Source: Coprobacillaceae bacterium (lineage in GTDB: Bacteria > Bacillota_I > Bacilli_A > Erysipelotrichales > Coprobacillaceae). Taken from it: a stretch of 32,000 nucleotides of DNA. The translations under genes and the position numbers were made by a program. This document shows positions 18,211 through 26,728 of the stretch, piece after piece. The DNA is taken from NCBI GenBank assembly GCA_963675515.1, contig OY776328.1, forward strand, positions 2,370,001-2,402,000, written 5' to 3'. A model generated the notes under the pieces. The model was not told the DNA's origin. It was given only the letters and a program-made list of their open reading frames with translations, and did not search any database. Every line of letters starts with the position of its first letter. The stretch's first letter is position 1.

Positions 18211-18780
18211 TTAAGCTCCTTTATTTTCCACTTTGGTTCTGGCTGCAAATACTGCCAATGCCACGGCAACCAGATGGTGCCAATTCTCGAAATTGGGATT
18301 TAGATATATCCGGTGGCCGTCTTCAAACTCCAGATAATAGTATGAAAGGTAACGGCCCGGCACCACGCTTTTGATGCCGACCACCTTAAGCATTTTCATG
18401 TCATGCGACCAAAGCAGCTTCGACTTGTGGTAGAGCTGGAGGTGGCCGTTTTCGATCCTGATTTCCTTATTGAAGGAAACCAGCGTGAAGCGGGCGCCAA
18501 GAACTATAAGCACAGTAAATATGATCAGCCCCGCCTTTACCATATAGCGACTTGTCAAGAACATAAGGATCACCGCAGCCACCAACAGGACAATCTGGCC
18601 CGCGATCTTGAACCACAACTTGCGGTAATTGATTGTAAAAGCAGCCGTTGCCAGATCATCGCCAAACAGTTGGCAATCATGGATCCGGTTTGAGATCCGG
18701 TTCAAATGGCGATCAGGAATCGCCATGGTTAAAAACAAGATTATTCCAAATGTGGCCAAGACCAGGGAATCTATTCTCAT
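18211..18780 (-). CDS. Hypothetical membrane protein (3 predicted TM helices plus a C-terminal soluble domain)
   Basis: An ORF with AAGGAGA 6 nt before the ATG at 18780 (the track uses the TTG at 18783). Its stop is 2 nt from the coaBC start, and the coaBC SD lies inside its last codons. I recognised no family motif. Confidence 0.6.
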   Translation of the reverse strand: MRIDSLVLATFGIILFLTMAIPDRHLNRISNRIHDCQLFGDDLATAAFTINYRKLWFKIAGQIVLLVAAVILMFLTSRYMVKAGLIIFTVLIVLGARFTLVSFNKEIRIENGHLQLYHKSKLLWSHDMKMLKVVGIKSVVPGRYLSYYYLEFEDGHRIYLNPNFENWHHLVAVALAVFAARTKVENKGA

Positions 18781-19006
18781 CAATTATCTCCTTACGCGTT
18801 TTTTTACATTATAACCCAAATTCAGATATTTTCATAAATCTTTTTTGAAAACCAGCAAAGACAAAAAAAGACCGAAACGGATGTACGATCTTTGAGTGAT
18901 AATTCAATCAACAATTATATGGATTTATTAAATATAAGGGAATGGTATAACTATGAGCTTCCAAGATGACTATAGTCATCGATAATGAACTGAATATTGA
19001 CATTCA

Positions 19007-19672
19007 TCAATATCCTTCGCTTTGAAGTCCTTTTATGATATTGATCGCCCGTGAAGTTCCAAGGCGGTCGCATCCCAGACGGGCAAACTCCTTGAGATCG
19101 TCATAACTGCTTATTCCTCCTGCAGCTTTGATTTTCACATTGGGACCGATGTGTTTTTTGAAAAGTTCGATATCCATGAAAGTCGCCCCTCCCGTACCAA
19201 AACCAGTTGATGTCTTAATGTAGTCGGCATTGGCATCTGTGACCACACGGCACATTTCGATTTTTTCCTGTTCATCAAGATAGCAGGTTTCAATGATGAC
19301 CTTAAGGATTTTTGATCCGCAGGCCTTCTTGATCATCCTGATTTCTTCCTCAACTTTGGCGAAGTCCTTGTTTTTAACGTCACAGATATTGATGACCATA
19401 TCTATTTCGTTTGCGCCATCGCTGATTGCTGCTTCCACCTCTTTGATCTTTGATTCCGTCGAATTGTAACCGAGGGGGAATCCCACAACTGTACAGATAT
19501 TCACCCGATCTAGATACATGTCACGGATCCTTTTGACATATATCTGGGGGATGCAGATAGAAGCTGTGCGGTATTCGATTGCATCCCGGGCAATCTGATC
19601 AACCTGTTCGAATGTGGCTGTAGGTGTCAGCAATGTATGGTCAACCCTTGATAGAATTTCTTCATTAGTCAT
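19007..19672 (-). CDS. deoC: Deoxyribose-phosphate aldolase DeoC
   Basis: 221 aa. VDHTLLTPTAT, KVIIETC and the Schiff-base lysine context DYIKTSTGF. Confidence 0.9.
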   Translation of the reverse strand: MTNEEILSRVDHTLLTPTATFEQVDQIARDAIEYRTASICIPQIYVKRIRDMYLDRVNICTVVGFPLGYNSTESKIKEVEAAISDGANEIDMVINICDVKNKDFAKVEEEIRMIKKACGSKILKVIIETCYLDEQEKIEMCRVVTDANADYIKTSTGFGTGGATFMDIELFKKHIGPNVKIKAAGGISSYDDLKEFARLGCDRLGTSRAINIIKGLQSEGY

Positions 19673-19720
19673 TGATATTTAGGTTTAAACCCTTGTTTAA
19701 ACTTCCTCCTGTTCTTGCCT

Positions 19721-20392
19721 TTAATCTAGTTCTAACACATGATTACCAATTGCACTAAGGTAATCATGCTGGAACTTGGCGATTCCGGCTGTTGTCAACG
19801 GATGCTCGACCATCTTCGCAATCACCCCGTAAGGTACAGTCGCGATATGGGCACCGGCTTTCGCACAATCAAGCACATGGATCGGATGGCGCACCGAGGC
19901 GGCAATTATTTCAGCTTTCAAATCATGGACACCAAAAATCGTTACGATATCCTCGATAAGCTTAACCCCATCAGTGGAAATGTCGTCAAGACGGCCTAGA
20001 AATGGCGAGACATAGCTCGCTCCAGCCCGCGCCGCCAGCAGGGCCTGGTTGGCGGTGAAAATCAGGGTCATGTTGACCTTGATTCCCTCCTCGCTCAAGA
20101 TTTTGCATGCCTTAAGCCCTTCAGCGGTCATCGGAATCTTGACAACCATATTAGGATGGATCTTGGCTATTTCTTTGCCTTCTTCAACCATGGTCGGTGC
20201 ATCAACGGTCGTCGCCTTGACCTCTCCTGATATCGGTCCGTCGACAATGCCGGTAATCTCCTTGATAACCTCGCTGAAGTCGCGTCCTTCCTTGGCGATC
20301 AGCGAGGGATTGGTGGTCACCCCGCATATCACCCCCATCTGGTAAGCCTCTTTGATTTGGCTAACATCCGCTGTATCTATAAAAAATTTCAC
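19721..20392 (-). CDS. Transaldolase family 3B / fructose-6-phosphate aldolase
   Basis: 223 aa. (GTG start) [43 protein letters not shown] lies 9 nt upstream of the GTG. Confidence 0.88.
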   Translation of the reverse strand: MKFFIDTADVSQIKEAYQMGVICGVTTNPSLIAKEGRDFSEVIKEITGIVDGPISGEVKATTVDAPTMVEEGKEIAKIHPNMVVKIPMTAEGLKACKILSEEGIKVNMTLIFTANQALLAARAGASYVSPFLGRLDDISTDGVKLIEDIVTIFGVHDLKAEIIAASVRHPIHVLDCAKAGAHIATVPYGVIAKMVEHPLTTAGIAKFQHDYLSAIGNHVLELD

Positions 20393-21383
20393 TGAGATCC
20401 CCTCCTTCGTTTTTCATTCTACATTTTTCCAACAACAGTTCGATTTCTTCAACCAGCCTGTCGCTGGTAAGGCCATATTTTTCTTTAAGGAAATTAGGAC
20501 TTCCCACCTGTCCGAATTTGTCTTCGACACCGACTCTCTTGAATATCGGATTGAGATGGTTTTCAACAATGACTTCGCCTACCGCGCTGCCCAGACCTCC
20601 GATAATCGAATGGTTTTCAAACGTAACAACTACTTTGGCTTTTCCGGCCTGTTCAATTATCAGTTTTTCATCCAATGGCTTGATGGTGAACATGTCGACC
20701 ACCCCTACCGAGTAACCCTTGGCTTCCAGGATATCCCGGGCATCGAGAGCGTCGCTTACCAGCTCACCGGCTACTACTATCAGCACATCATCTCCTTGGC
20801 TAAGCAGGTTGCCCTTTCCGATCTCAAAGGTCGAACCAGCCTTGTAAATGTCGCGGACCGCCTTGCGGTTGGCCCGAAGGTAATGGACACCTTCCATTTT
20901 GGCGAATTCCTTGACAATCCAGGCAACCTGAGTGTCATCGGCCCCGTCACAGATCACGATTTCCGGTATCGCCCGGAGAAGCGCCACATCTTCGAATGAT
21001 GTGTGGGTACCTCCGTTAGTGCCCACACAATATCCCGGATCCGATCCATAGATGTTGATGGTGTTTTTACTGTAACTGCCTGCCATAAAAATCTGGTCAA
21101 GTACCCGTCTGGTGGCAAATGGCGCGAAGGTATGAACGAACGGAGTGTAGCCCACAAGCGACAGCCCTGCTGCCACCCCGACCATATTCGCTTCCTGGAT
21201 ACCCATCTGGATGAAGTTTTTCGGGGACGCTTTCTTTATTTTATTGAAATAACTGGCCCCGCCAAGGTCCGCTTCCAAAGCCACCACCTTGTCATTTTCT
21301 TCGATAAGATCCATAATGGATTCGACCACGCTAGTCCTCAGTTCCCGGCCTTTTGTATTCCTGTTTTCAGTTAGTTCAAACAT
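20361..21383 (-). CDS. Transketolase, C-terminal (pyrimidine-binding) subunit
   Basis: 340 aa. [36 protein letters not shown] overlap with the N-terminal subunit gene. Its 3' end overlaps the next gene by 32 nt. Confidence 0.88.
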   Translation of the reverse strand: MFELTENRNTKGRELRTSVVESIMDLIEENDKVVALEADLGGASYFNKIKKASPKNFIQMGIQEANMVGVAAGLSLVGYTPFVHTFAPFATRRVLDQIFMAGSYSKNTINIYGSDPGYCVGTNGGTHTSFEDVALLRAIPEIVICDGADDTQVAWIVKEFAKMEGVHYLRANRKAVRDIYKAGSTFEIGKGNLLSQGDDVLIVVAGELVSDALDARDILEAKGYSVGVVDMFTIKPLDEKLIIEQAGKAKVVVTFENHSIIGGLGSAVGEVIVENHLNPIFKRVGVEDKFGQVGSPNFLKEKYGLTSDRLVEEIELLLEKCRMKNEGGDLSEIFYRYSGC

Positions 21384-22236
21384 TTTTTTCCTCCCGCCAC
21401 ATTATTTTTTCCAGTTGAGCCAACGCTTTTATAGCCGCTTCATGATTTTTTTGAGATTCGAATTTCACCGAGTGGTTGTCCATCAGCTTTTCAAAATAGT
21501 CTATCCCCTGTCCTTTGATCGTGTCCAGAACGATGCATTTGGCAGTTGACTTCACCGTTTTCAAATAATCGAGCGCCAAGTCAATGGCGGCGATATCATC
21601 GCCTTTTACCTTCATCGTATAAAACCCGAAAGCTTCCATCTTCATTGATATGTCGAAAGGATTCATCACGTCTTTGGTGTAGCCGTCGAGCTGTTTCTTG
21701 TTGTCGTCGATGATCACCACCAGATTGTCAAGGCGATAATGGGCGATGAATTGGAATGCTTCCCAGCATTGTCCCTCATTTAGTTCCCCGTCACCGACAA
21801 TCAGGTAGACATGGTTGTCCTTATTGGCGAGCTTCAATCCATAGGCGATTCCCGCCCCCTGGCTTGTCCCCTGACCAAGCGAACCGGTCGTGGCATCGAC
21901 TCCAAGAGTCTTAAGCCGGTCGGGATGGGATGGGAAATTCGTCCCGCCGCAATTGAGCGTGTCCAATTGGTCTTTGGGGAAATATCCCTGATGGGCCAAA
22001 GTCGCGTAAAGCGCCGGTCCGGCATGCCCCTTTGACAATACCAGGTAGTCGCGTCCGGTCCACTGGGGGTTGAGAGGATCGTGTTTCATTTGCCTGCCGT
22101 AAAGGGCGCAAAGCAATTCGACGATGGAAAACGAACCGCCCAGGTGGCCTGCTCCGCATTTCAAAAGCATGTTTAGAATATCGTAGCGAACACCTGCCGC
22201 CATTTTCTCCAAGTCTGATATGTTTGTTTCTCTCAT
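21376..22236 (-). CDS. Transketolase, N-terminal (TPP-binding) subunit
   Basis: GAGHLGGSFSIVELL, LSKGHAGPALYA, GDGELNEGQCWEA. I prefer the ATG at 22236 (MRETNISD), which follows the IIB stop by 1 nt. The track start at 22257 lies inside the IIB gene. Confidence 0.88.
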   Translation of the reverse strand: MRETNISDLEKMAAGVRYDILNMLLKCGAGHLGGSFSIVELLCALYGRQMKHDPLNPQWTGRDYLVLSKGHAGPALYATLAHQGYFPKDQLDTLNCGGTNFPSHPDRLKTLGVDATTGSLGQGTSQGAGIAYGLKLANKDNHVYLIVGDGELNEGQCWEAFQFIAHYRLDNLVVIIDDNKKQLDGYTKDVMNPFDISMKMEAFGFYTMKVKGDDIAAIDLALDYLKTVKSTAKCIVLDTIKGQGIDYFEKLMDNHSVKFESQKNHEAAIKALAQLEKIMWREEKNV

Positions 22237-22237
22237 C

Positions 22238-22516
22238 TTAAAACCCCAATTTCGCACTTAATTTCTCTTCCAGTTCCTGGACATCCATAATATTTTCAAG
22301 GATTATCTTGTTGGGCAGGCCGTCAACGAACTCTTCGAGATCGCCACCGACCACAAACAAGTCAGCCGCATTTTCGACCGCATCCGAAACTGAAGAATGG
22401 ACAACTTCGATATCCCCCCGTCCGTGATTTTTGAGCACTTTTTCAACATTCATTCTTACCAGCATGCTTGAACCCAATCCAGAGCCACAGCAGCACATGA
22501 TTTTATTAATTCCCAT
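22238..22516 (-). CDS. PTS ascorbate-family (UlaB/SgaB-type) EIIB component
   Basis: 92 aa. Phospho-Cys loop KIMCCCGSGLGSSML. AAGGAGA SD. Confidence 0.85.
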   Translation of the reverse strand: MGINKIMCCCGSGLGSSMLVRMNVEKVLKNHGRGDIEVVHSSVSDAVENAADLFVVGGDLEEFVDGLPNKIILENIMDVQELEEKLSAKLGF

Positions 22517-22599
22517 AATATAGTCTCCTTATCTAATCAAATATCTTCTATGATTGAAATCGGAAAACCAAGAAGAGCTTATCTTGGCTTTCCCTATTG

Positions 22600-23376
22600 T
22601 TATTTTGAATACTCTTGTTGGGCAGCCTCTTGGCTGGCTTTTTTAGGTGCAACCAGATTGTAGACAATCGGCAAGGCAAACAATCCTAGACATATCGCCA
22701 GCAAGCCATAACCTTGGACGTACTGAGCGGTGTTTCCGATCAGGATCCCAACTACTGAAAAGTCGGCATCAGAGAACGTGGTGTTGGCGAACTGGAGAGC
22801 TCCCATGACCGGCATGCAGATTGCAGGCAGGAAGGTGATAAGCAACCCATGGGCGAACGAACCGGCGACACATCCTTTAAGACCACCCTGGGCATTTCCA
22901 AACACTCCTGCCGAAGCCCCGCAAAAGAAATGAGGGATAACCCCTGGAAGGATCAAAGCGACTGGAACAAGGTTCGAGTTGATGAATCCCAAAGCGAACA
23001 ATCCGACGATACCGCCCACAAACGATACCAAAAATCCGATCAATACCGCATTTGGTGCGTAAGGGAAGACTACCGGACAGTCCAGTGCCGGTTTTGAATT
23101 AGGCACCAGTTTTTCAGCGATTCCTTTGAAGGCAGGAACGATTTCCCCGATGATAAGACGTACCCCTGAAAGGATGATGTATACCCCGGCAGCGAAATTG
23201 ATACCGTGCATCAAAGCCCAGACTAGCCAGTGGGTTTTGGTATCGCCACCTGCAAACAAAGCTGAAATGACAGGGTCGCTCAGACCGCCGTTAAGCACTG
23301 CAACACCAGTGACGATGACAAAGAATACGATCATGGTAATCGAGATTGATACAGTAGTGTCCCTCAAAAATGACAA
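22600..23376 (-). CDS. PTS ascorbate-family EIIC (UlaA/SgaT-type), C-terminal part of a frameshift-split gene
   Basis: 258 aa beginning (TTG)SFLRDTTVSISITMIVFF, which continues the UlaA alignment (E. coli ...[23 protein letters not shown]). No SD of its own. See the finding on the frameshift. Confidence 0.75.
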   Translation of the reverse strand: MSFLRDTTVSISITMIVFFVIVTGVAVLNGGLSDPVISALFAGGDTKTHWLVWALMHGINFAAGVYIILSGVRLIIGEIVPAFKGIAEKLVPNSKPALDCPVVFPYAPNAVLIGFLVSFVGGIVGLFALGFINSNLVPVALILPGVIPHFFCGASAGVFGNAQGGLKGCVAGSFAHGLLITFLPAICMPVMGALQFANTTFSDADFSVVGILIGNTAQYVQGYGLLAICLGLFALPIVYNLVAPKKASQEAAQQEYSK

Positions 23377-24017
23377 CCCCTAGGAAAATTGATATCTTCA
23401 GTTGATTTTGAACCTTTGAAAAGTTTTCCCACCTGGGCGGATACAAAGTAACCGAATCCCCCGAAATGACCGAATGCCAGATCCTTAGAACCGGTGATCT
23501 TTTCCATCGATGGCTGGAGCAATGCCGGTGAAATGACCATTACCAGACCTAAAAGGGCCGAACCGCCGACGATCAATGCGATGCCGCTAAGTCCCCCAAC
23601 TGAAAGGATTACTGCGATCATGCAGGCCATGTATAGCGTGTGATGCCCGGTAAGGAAGATGTATTTCATCCTTGAAAAACGGGCCAGTACGATATTGGCA
23701 ATCATCCCGAAACACATGATCAATGCGGTAGCTTGACCATATTGGGTAAGGGCTTGGGAAACTATAGCCTCGTTGTTTGGCACAACCCCTTGCATATTGA
23801 ATGCGAAATTGAACAGCGTTCCAAAATCGGTTAGCGATCCGGACAACAGATATGAAGCCCCCGCTCCCAAAACCACGAATCCGGCGATTGTCTTGATGGT
23901 CCCCTTGACGATGGCCGATGTCTGTTTGCCTTGCAGGATCAACCCGACCATGGCAAGCAGCCCGACAAGAATCGCTGGTGTTGATAAGATGTTGACAATA
24001 ATGTCGATAATAAACAT
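23364..24017 (-). CDS. PTS ascorbate-family EIIC (UlaA/SgaT-type), N-terminal part of a frameshift-split gene
   Basis: 217 aa ending ...KSTEDINFPRGCHF*. The halves total 217+258 aa, close to a one-piece UlaA of about 465 aa. GGAGGAAAG SD lies before the ATG at 24017. Confidence 0.75.
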   Translation of the reverse strand: MFIIDIIVNILSTPAILVGLLAMVGLILQGKQTSAIVKGTIKTIAGFVVLGAGASYLLSGSLTDFGTLFNFAFNMQGVVPNNEAIVSQALTQYGQATALIMCFGMIANIVLARFSRMKYIFLTGHHTLYMACMIAVILSVGGLSGIALIVGGSALLGLVMVISPALLQPSMEKITGSKDLAFGHFGGFGYFVSAQVGKLFKGSKSTEDINFPRGCHF

Positions 24018-24042
24018 AACTTTCTTTCCTCCTGTTTTTTCT

Positions 24043-24492
24043 CTATGCTACATCATTTGAGTTGGCGAAGATGTCGTAGACGACATCCTGCGATGTTGTG
24101 GCCAATAATTTCTCGACCGTCTTGGTGCTCGCAAATATTTCCCCGATGGCCTTCATGATTTCCACATGCGACTTGCCGTCACTGGCGACCAGGCCGATCA
24201 AGATCCGCACATCATATCCGTCCGACTTGAATTTCACCGGTTCCTTGAGCACGGTCACCGCCATTTGGGTTTGTAATGCCCCCTGTTCGGTCGCCGCATG
24301 GATCAAAGCCAGATTTTCACACAGAACATAGTACGGTCCGTATTTCCTGGTGTTCTCGAACACGCCATCGATATAGCGGGATTCGCAGTAACCCTGATCG
24401 ACCAAGGGCTCGATGGCAGTCTTGATTGCTTCTTCCCAGCCGGTGACTCGATCGATAAAATAAATGTTTTTCTTCTTGAAAAGTTTTTCCAT
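24043..24492 (-). CDS. PTS EIIA component (mannitol/fructose/ascorbate EIIA-2 type)
   Basis: 149 aa. Phospho-His context NLALIHAATE. GAGGAG SD. Confidence 0.85.
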   Translation of the reverse strand: MEKLFKKKNIYFIDRVTGWEEAIKTAIEPLVDQGYCESRYIDGVFENTRKYGPYYVLCENLALIHAATEQGALQTQMAVTVLKEPVKFKSDGYDVRILIGLVASDGKSHVEIMKAIGEIFASTKTVEKLLATTSQDVVYDIFANSNDVA

Positions 24493-24531
24493 ATGCTTGA
24501 TCTCCTCTTGATTACATTTCTAGTATATCTT

Positions 24532-24545
24532 TGAAAGCGTTAATA
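24532..24545. promoter_or_regulatory. Candidate catabolite-responsive element (cre) in the PTS operon promoter
   Basis: TGAAAGCGTTAATA matches the cre consensus TGWAANCGNTNWCA at 13 of 14 positions. It lies 4 nt upstream of a minus-strand TATACT -10 box (24522-24527). Confidence 0.35.
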
Positions 24546-24589
24546 AAAAAGCCCAAATCCTTGCACAGTGTTTGTGCAAGACTTGGGCG
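24545..24589 (-). terminator. Rho-independent terminator after the PRD regulator gene
   Basis: Minus strand reads GCCCAAGTCTTGCAC-AAACAC-TGTGCAAGGATTTGGGC followed by TTTTTT, 11 nt after the stop. Confidence 0.8.
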
Positions 24590-24600
24590 AAGATACAAGA

Positions 24601-26625
24601 TCATATTGTCCGGACAAAGAAAGAATTGATTTCATCGACACTTTTCGAATCTTTGACGATTCCGGTATTCTCCGGATTGGCGAACAGATTAATCAGATCC
24701 GACAACATTTTCAAATGGCTGGTCTGATCCTGGGCGCTCATTACTATTACCAGATAAGCTTTTTTTCCCCGTTCGAATTCGATTCCTTCGGGATAGACAC
24801 TCAGCGACAGTCCCAGCTTCAATGAACCATGGCTTATCTTGGAGTGGGCCAGGCAGACACCGTTGGATATGAACATATACGGACCGTACTTTTTAAGCTG
24901 GCGGACAATGTTTCTGGCATAAGTATTGTTGACAAAACCCCTGTTTTCAAGAATGGCTGTCGTCTTTTCAATTGCCTGTTGCCAAGTTGGCTTGCTGTTG
25001 TCAATCATCACAAAACCTGGTTGGCCCAAGAAGGCGCTGGCCTTGACGGCGTTGTCTTCAAGATTGAATCGGTGCAGCTGGCGATAATTCAAGAAGCGGT
25101 AGAGCTCCTCCTTGACCGTATCCACACAATCACCCTTCAGGTAAGGTCTGACAATATTGACAAGCTCGTTCAATTCGTTTTGGGGGTTATCGATCTCATA
25201 GACTTTTTTCATTATCCCCAACCGGTCAAGGTCACTCAATATCGGGTTGACCAGGATGAAATTCGCAAAGCGATGGGCAATGGACGATATGGTGGAGATT
25301 ACCACATCATAGTCATCCTGGCCGACTTCAAGGTTGTCGCTGTTGGTGATTTCGATAATCGCATCATCCTGGATCATATATGATATTTCCGCCTTGAGCA
25401 TATTGGCAGTTGACAATCCGTTGGGGCAGATTATTAGGATCCGCTTTTTCTTTTTGGTGAGTTTGCGCTGGGAGTTGAGTGCACCTCCGAAATGCAATGT
25501 CAGATAGGCTATCTCCGCATCGTGGATTGGCAGAGAAAGTTCCTTTTGCATGAACTGTGTCGCTTTTTTTGTCACGTCAAAGAGATAGCCATACTCCCTC
25601 TTGACGTCATCAAGCAAAGGGTTGCCGATGATTATCCCATAACGGTAGCGGTAGATGCTGTTTTTAAGATGATAGTACAGGGCCTGTTCGAGTTCCTTCT
25701 GTTTCTGGAAATCCACATTCGCGAGACGTTCGAATTCCTCAACCAGGTCGCATGCCAGATTGTATATGTCCCCATTGAGCTGGTCATCGAAATCGAGATT
25801 AAGACTTTGGAGGCGGCTTCCCAGGATGTGCAACGTCAGGTATACCTTCTCGAACGAAGAAAATTCACCAAAGTATTTATCGATCAGGCCATATTCCTGG
25901 GTATCGACAATTTTAAGCACCAGTCCCTGGTCGAAAATCAGCGGATCCTCGCGATGGGAGATGGTGGAGAAAAAGACGGACAGCGAGTAACAGACACCAT
26001 AGACGAACTTGTAGTTCAACTCTTCTTCAATTTTATGTAGACGGCGCTGGTACTCAACGATTGTATCCTGCCTGGCAAGAGTGATGTCACCGGAAAGATA
26101 GAGCTTGTGGATGTGGTCGAAACACAGGAAAAAAACCGACCTTTTGGTGATTACATTGCCACTGATATAATACCCTTTTTTCATGGAAAATTTAAGTTCG
26201 AGATTGTAGTTAGAAAGGCTGTCCTGAGTTGCCTTAAGATCGGATATGACCGTATTGCGGCTTACCTTGGTGATGTCCATCAAGTCCTCTATCATGATTA
26301 TGGTATCACGCCTCAGGATGGTGCACATTATAATGCGGACCCGGTCACTGGGATTGAATGACTGGTTTTTCGACAAATCAAGATTGGTTTTCGCCAGCTC
26401 TATGCGGGTATTTTTATCGAGATAGATTCCTTTGCCCCGCTCGACGACAATCTTCTCCCAGCTGTTTTCAACCAAGAAATCGTTGATCCGCTCCAGATCG
26501 TAATAGATGGTCCGCCTGGAAACGTTGTTGAACAGGGATATTTCCTGCAACGTCACGTAGCTGTCCCGGTTGAGCAGCGCTTCAAGTATTTTTTTGCATC
26601 TTACGTCAAGTTCCTGAATAATCAT
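24601..26625 (-). CDS. PRD-containing transcriptional regulator (MtlR/LicR type: HTH-HTH-PRD-PRD-EIIB-EIIA)
   Basis: 674 aa. N-terminal HTH (LQEISLFNNVSRRTIYYDLERI), PRD histidines (VYLTLHILG, AYLTLHFGG), EIIB-like Cys (RILIICPNGLSTANML) and C-terminal EIIA-2-like His (GVCLAHSK). Sits upstream of the PTS genes. Confidence 0.85.
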   Translation of the reverse strand: MIIQELDVRCKKILEALLNRDSYVTLQEISLFNNVSRRTIYYDLERINDFLVENSWEKIVVERGKGIYLDKNTRIELAKTNLDLSKNQSFNPSDRVRIIMCTILRRDTIIMIEDLMDITKVSRNTVISDLKATQDSLSNYNLELKFSMKKGYYISGNVITKRSVFFLCFDHIHKLYLSGDITLARQDTIVEYQRRLHKIEEELNYKFVYGVCYSLSVFFSTISHREDPLIFDQGLVLKIVDTQEYGLIDKYFGEFSSFEKVYLTLHILGSRLQSLNLDFDDQLNGDIYNLACDLVEEFERLANVDFQKQKELEQALYYHLKNSIYRYRYGIIIGNPLLDDVKREYGYLFDVTKKATQFMQKELSLPIHDAEIAYLTLHFGGALNSQRKLTKKKKRILIICPNGLSTANMLKAEISYMIQDDAIIEITNSDNLEVGQDDYDVVISTISSIAHRFANFILVNPILSDLDRLGIMKKVYEIDNPQNELNELVNIVRPYLKGDCVDTVKEELYRFLNYRQLHRFNLEDNAVKASAFLGQPGFVMIDNSKPTWQQAIEKTTAILENRGFVNNTYARNIVRQLKKYGPYMFISNGVCLAHSKISHGSLKLGLSLSVYPEGIEFERGKKAYLVIVMSAQDQTSHLKMLSDLINLFANPENTGIVKDSKSVDEINSFFVRTI

Positions 26626-26696
26626 TGTTTCACCTTCCTAAAAACCTATGTAATAGATTCTATCACAAATTATTTGGAAACGGTAACAAAAATCTC

Positions 26697-26728
26697 AAAA
26701 AAAAGAATGCCGCCAAAGGCAGCATTCA
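26697..26728 (-). terminator. Rho-independent terminator after the 86-aa acidic ORF
   Basis: Minus strand reads GAATGCTGCC-TTT-GGCGGCATTC followed by TTTTTTTT, immediately after the TGA. Confidence 0.75.

Noticed and set aside
10081-22257. Longer N-terminal extensions given in the ORF track for the MATE (11466), SDR (13014), uraA (13116), MinD-Fd (14869), membrane protein (18783), TktN (22257) and hsdR (6297) ORFs.
   Set aside because: In each case a downstream ATG has a proper SD at 6-9 nt and gives the family-typical N-terminus. The upstream start lacks an SD or lies inside the preceding gene.
23364-23380. A programmed ribosomal frameshift joining the two EIIC halves.
   Set aside because: There is no X-XXY-YYZ slippery heptamer and no obvious downstream stimulatory structure at the junction. 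An indel in the short G/T runs is the simpler explanation.
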